From: Chlamydiota bacterium
GTDB taxonomy: Bacteria > Auribacterota > Tritonobacteria > UBA1439
Direction: 5' to 3'
DNA: 15,432 nucleotides
NCBI GenBank assembly: GCA_037133055.1
Contig: JBAXOY010000075.1
Location: forward strand, 1-15,432
Under the pieces are notes generated by a model. The model ran no database searches, was not told the DNA's origin, and saw nothing but the letters and a program-made list of their open reading frames with translations. Shown one piece after another: positions 1 through 8,473 of the stretch (its first letter is position 1; each line of letters starts with the position of its first letter). The translations under genes were made by a program, and so were the position numbers.

Positions 1-9
1 GAAGCGCAT
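1..9 (-). CDS. Probable 5' end (Met-Arg-Phe...) of the next gene, running off the window; by context a vWA/BatA-type protein
   Basis: Minus strand reads TGATGCGCTTC: the ATG (9-7) overlaps the TGA stop (11-9) of the upstream gene, a translational-coupling pattern. The product is inferred only from the usual moxR-DUF58-batD-like-batA order. Confidence 0.4.
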
Positions 10-992
10 CAGCTCGTTCCCCCCCCGTGTCCCGCCTCGATCGCGGGAGGAGTCGTCTCGTCCACGAAACGGGCTGCCGCGTCGAACGCCCTTTCCATCT
101 CCTCGACGGCGGGGCCGTAGCGGGCGAACTTCACCATGTCGCACTGCTCCAGAAAATCTCCCACGAGCGTCCGGGCGCGCGCGTCCAGGAGCCCGGAGCC
201 GCCCGCCTCGGCGAGGAATTCCTCGGTGGTCCTGTCGGGCGCCCTCAGACCGAACCGCGCCTCGATGTAGCGCCGCGCGATGCCCGAGAGCCTGATATAG
301 TACTCCTTCACGCGCCCGCTCAGCGGCAGGTTCATCGCCTTCAGGCGACGGAGCTCATCGTGGGCGACCTCGTGCGGCGGCCGGAGCGGAAGCGCGGATT
401 CGGCCGTGCGTTTCCTGAACCGCCGGAGGAGCGCTGCGGCCGCGGCCGCGGCGCACACCGCCGCGGCGAGCACCGCGACGAGCTTCACGGGGAAGTAGGG
501 CATCGGCAGGGGGGGCTTTATGTCCCGTATGTCCTTGGGCTCCTTGTCGAGGACGCTTTCCACCACCACGGCGATGGCGCCGCCGTCCACCTCCGCCGTC
601 TGCCCCTCCCTGTTCCTGACGACCGCCCTGAACGGGGGTATCTGCTTTTCTCCCGTCCCGTACGCCCGAAGGTCGTAGAGGAGGCTGACCTCCTCGCGCT
701 TCCCCTTCGCATCCGCGACGGATTTTCTCCCGAGCTCCCTGATCCGGAAATCTCCCGCCTGCGTGCCGGTCGCGGGCGGAGAGACCGTCATGCCCTCGGG
801 AACGGAGATGGCGAGCGCGTAGTAGATGCGGTCGCCCACGGTGACCCGTGTCGGGCTCGCGGACGCGGTGAGACGCACCCCCTCCGGCCGCCAGGCCGGG
901 GCGGGCGCATCGCCGCCGGGAGCGGCGGATGCCGCCCGGAGCATCGCCCCCAAAATAAACAACCATCGCCATCTCATCTGATGCCGCATCAC
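9..992 (-). CDS. BatD-like exported single-pass membrane protein of a MoxR/Bat cluster
   Basis: Signal peptide, Ig-like domain (RVTVGDRIYYALAI...GEKQIPPF), DIRDIKPP linker, TM helix, then a C-terminal domain with KEYYIRLSGIARRYIEARFG...TTEEF...CDMVKFA, typical of the gene between DUF58 and batA. Start uncertain (992/989/974). Confidence 0.8.
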   Translation of the reverse strand: MMRHQMRWRWLFILGAMLRAASAAPGGDAPAPAWRPEGVRLTASASPTRVTVGDRIYYALAISVPEGMTVSPPATGTQAGDFRIRELGRKSVADAKGKREEVSLLYDLRAYGTGEKQIPPFRAVVRNREGQTAEVDGGAIAVVVESVLDKEPKDIRDIKPPLPMPYFPVKLVAVLAAAVCAAAAAAALLRRFRKRTAESALPLRPPHEVAHDELRRLKAMNLPLSGRVKEYYIRLSGIARRYIEARFGLRAPDRTTEEFLAEAGGSGLLDARARTLVGDFLEQCDMVKFARYGPAVEEMERAFDAAARFVDETTPPAIEAGHGGGTS

Positions 993-1016
993 CCGTGTGG
1001 ATCTCCGATGGGCGGA

Positions 1017-1056
1017 GTGCGTTGCCCCGTCCCGCCTGTCGGGACGGGGCTCGCAC
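1017..1056. repeat. GC-rich intergenic inverted repeat (hairpin)
   Basis: GCCCCGTCCCG (1024-1034) / CGGGACGGGGC (1040-1050) is a perfect 11-bp stem with a 5-nt loop, extended by GTGCG (1017-1021) / CGCAC (1052-1056). No U-tract on either side. Confidence 0.7.
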
Positions 1057-1135
1057 GTGGTCTGCTTTCAACCGGGAAGATCTCCACTATACCCGGCATC
1101 CCTCACATCGCCCCGGACGGGGGCGCGGCGGGGGG

Positions 1136-2269
1136 CTAGGGCTTCATGGGTGCAGGCGCGCCCGAGGGGGGCGCGAGCCTGACCGGGACGCCGCTCGGCT
1201 GCACCTGCCCCGGGGCCTTCAGGTCTCCTGGATTGAGCCTGATCTGCCTCGGGGCGCCCTGCGGCTGCATCGGCGCCGGGATCCTCCGATCCCCCATCCC
1301 CGCGGGGGCATTGAGTTCACCCTCCGATCCCTTGTCCGATTCGCCGAGTTTCTCCTCGTAGATCTCGACCCCTTGCTTCTTTTTCAGGTCGGAGAGATAG
1401 GCAGTCCACGCCTCGCGCTGCTTCTTGCTCTGCACCACGCGCTCGAGCCATGGGCTCACCTCCTCCAGGGGCTTCTTCTTCTCGGGGATGATCTCGGCGG
1501 CCTTGAGGATCCTCACCTCGTCCTTCCCCTCGACCAGCCCGCTGATTTCCCCGGTCTTCTCCATGGCCATCGCAATCTTGTACGCCTCGGGGGAGAGGGC
1601 GCGGCGCGTGGCATAGCCTATGTCGCCGCCCTTCGACGCGCTCGCCTGGTCGAGCGAGTATTTCTTCGCAAGCTCCGCGAAATCCTCGCCCTTTTTCGCC
1701 CGCGCCAGGATGTCCGCCGCGTCTTTTTTAACCGCCTCGACCTTCTGCGGCGGGGCGCTCTTGTCCCAGGTGAACACGATCTGGCTCACCTTGACCTGCT
1801 TCTGGGTCTTGTACCGGTCCCCCTCCTTCTCGTACTCCTTCCGGACCTCGTCCTTGTCGACCTTTACGGCATCGAGCACCTTCTCCCGCAGTTTCTCCGC
1901 CGCGAGCCGCTTCTTGAACTCCGCAATGCGCTCGACCGTCTCCTTGTCCCTGTCGAGGCCCTCCTTCTCGGCCTCCCGATAGATCAGCTCCAGCTCGACC
2001 ATCGAGTTCAGGAGGTTCTTCTTCCCCGCCGTGGACTGGAAGCGCCCCACGACCCTCGGCGGCATCGCCTTGATCTTCTCATCGAGATCCCTGTCCGTGA
2101 TCACCATGTCGCCGATCTTCGCGAGCACCTCGCCCGTCGGCTTCGTCCCCGGCAGTGCCGGGGCGGCCTTCGCCGCTTCCCCCGGCGCCCCCGCCCTGCC
2201 GGCCGGTGCCGCGCACCCGCACAGGCAGGCCGCCACGGCCGCCGCGCACCCCGCCATCATCAGCCTCAT
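1136..2269 (-). CDS. PrsA/SurA-like lipoprotein foldase with a PpiC (parvulin) domain
   Basis: Lipobox-like CLCGC, SurA N-domain-like VLAKIGDMVITDRDL...LIYREAEKEGLD, parvulin motif EDFAELAKKYSLDQASASKGGDIGY, Pro-rich tail. The SD GAAAGGAG abuts ATG 2275, so ATG 2269 has the better spacing. Confidence 0.88.
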   Translation of the reverse strand: MRLMMAGCAAAVAACLCGCAAPAGRAGAPGEAAKAAPALPGTKPTGEVLAKIGDMVITDRDLDEKIKAMPPRVVGRFQSTAGKKNLLNSMVELELIYREAEKEGLDRDKETVERIAEFKKRLAAEKLREKVLDAVKVDKDEVRKEYEKEGDRYKTQKQVKVSQIVFTWDKSAPPQKVEAVKKDAADILARAKKGEDFAELAKKYSLDQASASKGGDIGYATRRALSPEAYKIAMAMEKTGEISGLVEGKDEVRILKAAEIIPEKKKPLEEVSPWLERVVQSKKQREAWTAYLSDLKKKQGVEIYEEKLGESDKGSEGELNAPAGMGDRRIPAPMQPQGAPRQIRLNPGDLKAPGQVQPSGVPVRLAPPSGAPAPMKP

Positions 2270-2316
2270 CTCCATCTCCTTTCACCGGCGCTTCGCGCTC
2301 CCCGCCGCTCTCCACG

Positions 2317-2343
2317 CCCGGGCACGGGACACCCGTTCCCGGG
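2317..2343 (-). other. Hairpin directly after the DUF58 stop codon (possible mRNA-stabilising stem)
   Basis: CCCGGG-C-ACGGG (2317-2328) / CCCGT-T-CCCGGG (2332-2343) with a 3-nt loop and no U-tract. Confidence 0.5.
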
Positions 2344-3225
2344 TCACACCGCCATTCTTCTCTCGCGCCGCTTGAAGAACCTCATGAGCTCCCGCGCGTA
2401 AGGCTCCGCGGTGTTCACCCTGATGCAGTCGATCCCGCGCGACGCGAAGATCTCGTCGCGCGCCTTCTCCCGCTCGCCCGTGATCCGGGAAAACCGTTCC
2501 CGCACCCCGCGGTCCCCCGTGTCCGCGGCGGCCAGTTCCCCCGTCTCGGGATCCTCGAACTCCACAATCCCCACGTCCGGGAGCGACCGCTCCCGCTGGT
2601 CCGCGACCGCGACCGCGATGAGGTCGTGGCGCTTCGCCGCGATCCCGAGCGCCCGTTCGTAGCCCGCGGCGAAGAAATCCGAGACGAGGAAGCTCACCGT
2701 CTGCCGCGTGGTCACCCTGCTCAGGAACTCGAGCGCCACGGCGATGTCCGTCTTCCTCCCCCGCGGGGAATGGTAAAGGAGCTCCCGTATCACGCGCAGG
2801 ACATGCGTGACCCCCTTTTTCGGGGGGATGTACTTCTCGACGCGGTCGGTGAAAAGAATGAGCCCTATCCGGTCGTTGTTGTTGATGGCCGCGAAGGCGA
2901 GGACCGCGCAGAATTCCGCGATCAGCTCCTCCTTTCGCTGCCGGACGGTGCCGAAGGCGCCGGACGCGCTGACGTCCGCGAGGATCATCACGGTAAGCTC
3001 GCGCTCCTCACGGAAGACCTTTACGTGGGGGTTCCCGGTGCGCGCCGTGACGTTCCAGTCGATGGATCGGACGTCGTCCCCGGGCTGGTATTCGCGCACC
3101 TCCTCGAACTCCATCCCGTGCCCCTTGAAGACGCTCTGGTACTCCCCCGCGAAGACGTCCTGGACCATGCGGGTCGTGAAGATCTGTATGCGCCGGACCT
3201 TTTTGAGTATCTCTCTCGGGATCAT
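2344..3225 (-). CDS. DUF58 domain (vWA-like) protein, MoxR-associated
   Basis: GEYQSVFKGHGMEFEEVREYQPGDDVRSIDWNVTAR signature, MIDAS-like DVSAS, FLVSDF. Lies directly downstream of moxR. Confidence 0.95.
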   Translation of the reverse strand: MIPREILKKVRRIQIFTTRMVQDVFAGEYQSVFKGHGMEFEEVREYQPGDDVRSIDWNVTARTGNPHVKVFREERELTVMILADVSASGAFGTVRQRKEELIAEFCAVLAFAAINNNDRIGLILFTDRVEKYIPPKKGVTHVLRVIRELLYHSPRGRKTDIAVALEFLSRVTTRQTVSFLVSDFFAAGYERALGIAAKRHDLIAVAVADQRERSLPDVGIVEFEDPETGELAAADTGDRGVRERFSRITGEREKARDEIFASRGIDCIRVNTAEPYARELMRFFKRRERRMAV

Positions 3226-3240
3226 GCCGTTTCGCCTATT

Positions 3241-3298
3241 GGGATTCGGGATTTGTCCGCCAGGGGCGGATCCGCCTTCGGCGGAGGATTTGGGATTT
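3241..3298. repeat. GGGATTY heptamer array interrupted by a 30-bp double palindrome
   Basis: GGGATTC GGGATTT G[TCCGCCAGGGGCGGA TCCGCCTTCGGCGGA]GGATTT GGGATTT; the insert spans 3256-3285. Confidence 0.85.
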
Positions 3299-3300
3299 CG

Positions 3301-4290
3301 TCATGGCACCTCGACATTATCGAACACCCTCTGGATGATATCCTCGCTCGTCATCTCCTCCGCCTCCGCCTCGTAGCTCACGATCACGCGGTGCCTGAGG
3401 ACGTCCATCCCGATGGACTTGACGTCCTGCGGCGTCACGTAGCCCCGCCCGCGCAGGAAGGCGTGCGCCTTCGCGGCGACGGTGAGGTAGATGGACGCCC
3501 TCGGGGACGCCCCGTACCGGATGTACGGCCCGATATCCAGGCGGTACGCCTTCGGCTCCCGGGTGGCGAACACCAGGTCCACGATGTAGTCCTTGATCTT
3601 GTCGTCGATGTAGATCTCGTTGATGAGCTCCCGCAATCGAATAATTTCCTCCGCCTGCATGACGGGGGACGCCTTCGGCTGGAAACCGACGACCGCCATC
3701 CGCTCCAGGATCTCCCGCTCCTCCTTTTTGCTCGGGTACCCGATCTTCAGCTTGAGCATGAACCGGTCCACCTGCGCCTCGGGGAGCGGGTAGGTCCCCG
3801 CATGCTCGATCGGATTCTGCGTCGCCATGACGAGGAACGGCTGCGCGAGCGGAAAGGTTTCCTTGCCGATCGACACCTGCCGCTCCTGCATCGCCTCGAG
3901 GAGGGCGCTCTGCACCTTCGCGGGCGCGCGGTTAATCTCGTCGGCGAGGATGATGTTGGAGAAGATCGGCCCCTTCTTCGTCGTGAACTCCCCCGTCCTC
4001 GGGTTGTAGACGAGGGTGCCGATGAGGTCCGCGGGCAGCAGGTCCGGGGTGAACTGGATGCGCTGGAACCCGGTGGCGATCGCCTGGGCGAGGGTCTTCA
4101 CCGAGAGCGTCTTGGCGAGCCCCGGCACGCCCTCGAGCAGGACATGCCCGTCGGCGAGGAGCCCCACGAGCAGCCGCTCGACGAGGTACTTCTGGCCGAC
4201 GATGACCTTCTCGATTTCGCCCGTGATCCTCTCCACGATCCCGATCTCACGCCGAACCTTCTCGTCGATCTCGCGCACGCCCTGCTGCAT
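3301..4290 (-). CDS. moxR: MoxR-family AAA+ ATPase
   Basis: Walker A GVPGLAKT, RIQFTPDLLPAD, Walker B ILADEINRA, ATQNPIE..GTYPLPEAQVDRF, GASPRAS. Strong SD AAGGAGG. Confidence 0.96.
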   Translation of the reverse strand: MQQGVREIDEKVRREIGIVERITGEIEKVIVGQKYLVERLLVGLLADGHVLLEGVPGLAKTLSVKTLAQAIATGFQRIQFTPDLLPADLIGTLVYNPRTGEFTTKKGPIFSNIILADEINRAPAKVQSALLEAMQERQVSIGKETFPLAQPFLVMATQNPIEHAGTYPLPEAQVDRFMLKLKIGYPSKKEEREILERMAVVGFQPKASPVMQAEEIIRLRELINEIYIDDKIKDYIVDLVFATREPKAYRLDIGPYIRYGASPRASIYLTVAAKAHAFLRGRGYVTPQDVKSIGMDVLRHRVIVSYEAEAEEMTSEDIIQRVFDNVEVP

Positions 4291-4341
4291 GGTCGTCCCT
4301 CCTTTTCAACTACGGGCTATCACGTTGCCACAGAGGCCGCA

Positions 4342-5211
4342 TTATCCTACGCCTTCCCTGATCTTCTGTTTCAGGATCAGCTCGGCCTTCCGCACGCACT
4401 CCTGGATGCCCCGCTCCGCCTCGGCGTCCCTCGCGTAGCGCACGCGTTCGCAGACTCCCTCGATCGTTTTCGCGATCGCCGAGAGTTCCGCGCCTCCTCC
4501 CCGCGCCGCGCAGGCGGCAAGCGCCTGATGGATTCGCGCGGCGTACGCGCCCCAATCGCCGGAAAGCCTGATCGCGCGGGCATCCTCCATCGCCGCGAGC
4601 GCATCGATCGCGCCCTCGTGACGCCGGGATTCCGCGGCCTCCCGCGGCGCGGGGGGCGGGACGGGCCGCCTGCGCGCGAGACATGAGACGGCGAGCGCCG
4701 CGCCCGCCACGCCGGCGATGACGGCTATCGCGAGCCCCCATCGGTACACCACCCTCCCGGCGGGTTCGACCGTGAGCACGATCCCGGCCACGGTCAGCAG
4801 GGGGCCCTTCTCACCCTTCACACCTTCTTCTCGTTCCTCCCTTACCTCGATCGCGGGTATCTCCTCCGTCCCCGCGGACTTCGCGCGGAGCGCGTAGAGA
4901 AACGTGGCGGAATACGTTCCCCCGTCCGCGCCGGACACGGCCTCGTTGCGCTGGCCCGTGGAGATGAGATTGAACCGCTTCAAGGGCGGAAGGACAGGCT
5001 GCGCCACCCGGTATTCACGCGCGGAGCCGGGGGCGGTGATGGTCAGCGCCAGTCGGATTGTCCCGCCCTCCGCAACGCGTGTCCTGTCGGCGGTGAGCAC
5101 ACCCGTGACCCCGGCGGCGCGCGCGGGCCACGGGATGCCGAGAAGCGCCGCGGCCGCGCACGTCCGGAAGATCATCGCGGGCGCCGCGCCCCGCTCAGGT
5201 GACTTTCTCAC
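4342..5211 (-). CDS. BatD-family exported protein with a TM anchor and helical tail
   Basis: Signal peptide, ADRTRVAEGGTIRLALTI...FLYALRAKSAGTEEIPAIEV Ig-like BatD repeat, TM helix WGLAIAVIAGVAGAALAV. Start is GTG 5211 (overlapping htrA) or ATG 5175. Confidence 0.72.
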   Translation of the reverse strand: MRKSPERGAAPAMIFRTCAAAALLGIPWPARAAGVTGVLTADRTRVAEGGTIRLALTITAPGSAREYRVAQPVLPPLKRFNLISTGQRNEAVSGADGGTYSATFLYALRAKSAGTEEIPAIEVREEREEGVKGEKGPLLTVAGIVLTVEPAGRVVYRWGLAIAVIAGVAGAALAVSCLARRRPVPPPAPREAAESRRHEGAIDALAAMEDARAIRLSGDWGAYAARIHQALAACAARGGGAELSAIAKTIEGVCERVRYARDAEAERGIQECVRKAELILKQKIREGVG

Positions 5212-6313
5212 CCTTCCTCCCCACGATTGCGTCGATCATGAGCTCTTTCCCCTCGCGCATCACCTTGAGCTTCATCCTCTTCCCGGCCTGCGTGCGGCCG
5301 ATCTCCTCCATCAGCCCGTCCGCGTCCCTGACCGGCATGCCCCCGCATTCCCGGATGACATCGCCGACCACGAGGCCCGACGATGCCGCGGGGCTCCCCG
5401 GAACAACGGTCACCACGAGGGCGCCGGATGTGTCCGGGAGCTTGAACTCCCCGGAAAGCTCTTTGTCGAGCGACTGCACGCCGACCCCGAGCCATCCGTA
5501 CTCGATCGCCTTACCCCTCTTCAGCTGGTCGAGCACCTCCTTGGCCCGGTTCACGGGTATGGCGAAACCGATGCCCGCGTACGCCCCCGAGGGGCTGATG
5601 ATCGCCGCGTTTATTCCGACGACCTCCCCCTTCAGGTTGAGGAGGGGACCGCCGCTGTTGCCGGGATTGATGGCCGCGTCCGTCTGTATCAGGTCGCCGT
5701 AATAGCGCCCCCCGACGGCGGTGCCCCCGAGCTTCCGGTGCAGGGCGCTCACCACGCCGACCGTCATGGTGGGCATCGGGTTCTCCTCGACCATGCCGAA
5801 CGGGTTGCCGATCGCGATCGCCCACTGGCCGGTCTTGACTCCGTCCGAGTCGCCGAGGGCGGCTGTCGGGAGCCCCCCGGCGTCTATCTTGATCACCGCC
5901 ATGTCGGAGCGGGCGTCCTTTCCCGCCACTCCCCCGCTGAACTTGCGGCCGTCGGGGAGCAGCACCTCTATCGCGTCGGCGTTCCCCACCACGTGCTCGT
6001 TCGTCAGGATATAGCCGGCGGGGTCGATGATGACCCCGGAACCCATGCTCCGCCGCTCGATCGGGGTGTCGTACTGTTTGAGGAACTCGTCGAGATCGAA
6101 GTACCTCCCCGGCCGCACCATGTAGCCCATAACTCGCGCCTTCTGGATATTGTAGACCCCCACGACGGAAGGCCCGACCTCCTTCGCGACCTTTATAAAC
6201 GCGGCCTGAAGGGACGAAGCCCTGTCCGTCGCGGCATTCTCCTCCCCCTTCCCGGAGACCGCAAGGGACATGCCCCCGGCGAGCACCAAAACCGCGCAGA
6301 GCGCTTTTTTCAC
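5195..6313 (-). CDS. HtrA/DegS-like serine protease with a single PDZ domain
   Basis: Intact triad TNEHVV / SDMAVI / GNSGG, IQTDAAINPG, GIGFAIP, one PDZ (GWLGVG...GSPAASSGLVVGDVI), signal peptide. Confidence 0.93.
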   Translation of the reverse strand: MKKALCAVLVLAGGMSLAVSGKGEENAATDRASSLQAAFIKVAKEVGPSVVGVYNIQKARVMGYMVRPGRYFDLDEFLKQYDTPIERRSMGSGVIIDPAGYILTNEHVVGNADAIEVLLPDGRKFSGGVAGKDARSDMAVIKIDAGGLPTAALGDSDGVKTGQWAIAIGNPFGMVEENPMPTMTVGVVSALHRKLGGTAVGGRYYGDLIQTDAAINPGNSGGPLLNLKGEVVGINAAIISPSGAYAGIGFAIPVNRAKEVLDQLKRGKAIEYGWLGVGVQSLDKELSGEFKLPDTSGALVVTVVPGSPAASSGLVVGDVIRECGGMPVRDADGLMEEIGRTQAGKRMKLKVMREGKELMIDAIVGRKGEKVT

Positions 6314-6347
6314 CCGCTCCCCCTCTCCCGCGCGGACTGAAAGCGGA

Positions 6348-7703
6348 TCAGTCCGCCCTGATGACGAAAAACCCCCGCTGCGTCCGGACGAGGAGCTTCT
6401 GTCCGGCCGTCCTGCCGAAGAGGAGCGCCTCCCAGTCCGCGAGGCTCCCGATCTTCTTCCTGTTCACCTCGTAGATCCCGTCGCCGCTCTTCAGGCCCGC
6501 CTTCGCCGCGGGGCTGCCGGGCCGCACGTCCCTGACCGTGATCGCGGCGCCGCCCTCGCCGGAACCGCCGGGCGCGGCCTCCTCGACACCGATCCCCAGA
6601 CCGCCGGAGACGAGACCGGGCTCCGCCGGAGCGGGAGAGGCGGAGCGCCGCCCGATCTGCACGGAGAACGTCGTCTCTTTGCCGTTCCGCATCACGGAGA
6701 GCGTTGCCTTCGACCCGACCGGGGCGTCGACGACGCGGGCGATGAGCTCCCGCGGGCTTTGCACGGGAGCGCCGTTCAGCGCGCGCACCACGTCGCCCTC
6801 CTTCACCCCCGCGAGGGCGGCGGGGCCGTCCTCGATGACGCGGGCCACGATCACCCCCTGTCCGTCGGTGATGTTGAACTCGGCCTGGAGCGCCGGGGTC
6901 AGCTCCTGGACCCCCACGCCCAGCCAGCCGTGCTCGATCTCCCCGCCCGCCTTGAGTCCGGGCAGGACGGACTTCACCGCGTTGATCGGTATCGCGAAGC
7001 AGATCCCCTGCGGCGTCTCGTCACCCTCCCTCATTGCGCCCATCGAGGCCGCCAAAATCCCCGCCACCTCTCCCCGCGCGTCGATGACCGGGGCGCCGCT
7101 GTCGCCCGGATTGATGTCCGCGTTCACCTGGACGAGGTCCACCAGCTCCGCGATCTCCGGGACGGTCCTCCCGCGCCCGCCGACGACCCCCCATGCGACG
7201 CTCCCCGAGAGGCCGAACGGATTGCCCACGACGATCACGAAGCTTCCCGGGCGCAGCCGGTCCGAATCCCCGAGCGGGGGCGGGGCCTGGCGCACCCCCG
7301 ACAGCTCCAGCACCGCCACGTTCATGCCGGGATCTCTCCCTTTCAGTTGCGCCTCGTGCTCCGCCCCGCTCTCGAGGCGGACCATGATCCGCCGCGCATC
7401 CCGGACGACATGGTCGGTGGTGAGGATGCGCCCCTCGTTGTCGATGAAGAAACCGCTGCCCGAGCGGCGGCGGAGCGACGGCTCGCCGCGCAGCCGCCTG
7501 AACGGGGATCCGGGAAGCATCATCCCCGGGACCGGCATCGGCGTCTCCCCCTCCGCGATGACCTGGATGACCGAGGGGCGAACCCCGGCGGCAAGCTCCT
7601 CCAGCTCGCGCCCCACCTGCGCGAGCAGCGAGCCCTTCTCGCCGCCCGCGTCCGCCCGCGATACCGCGAGCGCGCAGAGGAGCGCCGTGATGACAGGTCT
7701 CAT
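6348..7703 (-). CDS. HtrA/DegP-like protein with two PDZ domains and catalytic Asp replaced by Asn
   Basis: GSGFFID, TTDHVV, GRDPGMNVAVL, INPGDSGAP, two PDZ domains (GPAALAGVKEGDVV; GSPAAKAGLKSGDGI), signal peptide, SD GGAGG. Confidence 0.9.
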   Translation of the reverse strand: MRPVITALLCALAVSRADAGGEKGSLLAQVGRELEELAAGVRPSVIQVIAEGETPMPVPGMMLPGSPFRRLRGEPSLRRRSGSGFFIDNEGRILTTDHVVRDARRIMVRLESGAEHEAQLKGRDPGMNVAVLELSGVRQAPPPLGDSDRLRPGSFVIVVGNPFGLSGSVAWGVVGGRGRTVPEIAELVDLVQVNADINPGDSGAPVIDARGEVAGILAASMGAMREGDETPQGICFAIPINAVKSVLPGLKAGGEIEHGWLGVGVQELTPALQAEFNITDGQGVIVARVIEDGPAALAGVKEGDVVRALNGAPVQSPRELIARVVDAPVGSKATLSVMRNGKETTFSVQIGRRSASPAPAEPGLVSGGLGIGVEEAAPGGSGEGGAAITVRDVRPGSPAAKAGLKSGDGIYEVNRKKIGSLADWEALLFGRTAGQKLLVRTQRGFFVIRAD

Positions 7704-7737
7704 GTGACAAGCCCTCCGCGGGAATGGCTATCCCCGG

Positions 7738-8409
7738 TCAATACGCCCATCGTGGCTCACTGCGCGGCGAGGGTTCGACCGCCCGGGTGATGATGTAGTC
7801 GGTCATCTTCGGGCCGCGGGCCGACCGGCGAAACGCCGCCGGCTGCAGCACATACTCGTCGATCCCCGCCCGCCCCCCGCTGTCGCACAGCACGGCATCG
7901 ACCCCCGAGCCCGACCCCGCCCTGCGGCTGATCTCCATGCTCCCGCCGCGGGCGGCGAGGGACGCGAAGCGCCTCTCCGCCGCATCGCGGTCGCGAGCGG
8001 CTCCTGACGGGACAGCGGAGCCCGGAGCGCCCCTTCGCATCTGGGTGAGGAGGAGGACGTTGAAACAGACCAGGGCGAGGATCACCATGGCGGGCACCGG
8101 CGAGAAGACCCCGGCGAGGCGACCGGGGAAGAGAAGGCGGCGCAGCCGTTCGATCGGGGACGGTCGAGGCTCCTCCGCCCGGCCGAGCTGCTCTTTCATC
8201 CGCGGCCAGAAGCCGGTCCAGTAGTCGTCGCCGGGATCGGGGACGCGGGCCCCGCCGCGGACGAGCGCGCATGTGCGCTCGAGTCGCGAGAGAGAAGCCG
8301 CGCACGAGGGGCAATTTTCAAGATGGGCGGCGACGGCGGCGCGCCGCGCGGGCGCCAGGACGCCGTCAAGATAGTCCGAGAGCAGCCGCTCTATTCTATG
8401 ACACCTCAT
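7738..8409 (-). CDS. Membrane-anchored zinc-finger (zf-HC2/ZAS) anti-sigma factor
   Basis: MRCHRIERLLSDYLDG...HLENCPSC (HxxxCxxC) and a central TM helix. Lies directly downstream of the ECF sigma gene. Confidence 0.9.
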   Translation of the reverse strand: MRCHRIERLLSDYLDGVLAPARRAAVAAHLENCPSCAASLSRLERTCALVRGGARVPDPGDDYWTGFWPRMKEQLGRAEEPRPSPIERLRRLLFPGRLAGVFSPVPAMVILALVCFNVLLLTQMRRGAPGSAVPSGAARDRDAAERRFASLAARGGSMEISRRAGSGSGVDAVLCDSGGRAGIDEYVLQPAAFRRSARGPKMTDYIITRAVEPSPRSEPRWAY

Positions 8410-8473
8410 ATCTCCGTTGCCCCGTCTTTCTCCTGTTTCTTCTTTTTCCGACCGCTCGATAACCCGATAGCTC

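Noticed and set aside
1086..1114. Internal minus-strand promoter (TATAGT)
   Set aside because: No -35 and no extended -10 TG.
2155..4686. 843-aa plus-strand ORF and other long plus-strand ORFs (27-1139, 995-2401, 4904-6340, 6270-7790, 11917-13218, 13089-14063)
   Set aside because: Antisense shadows of well-supported minus-strand genes in GC-rich DNA; Arg/Pro/Leu-rich with no recognisable motifs.
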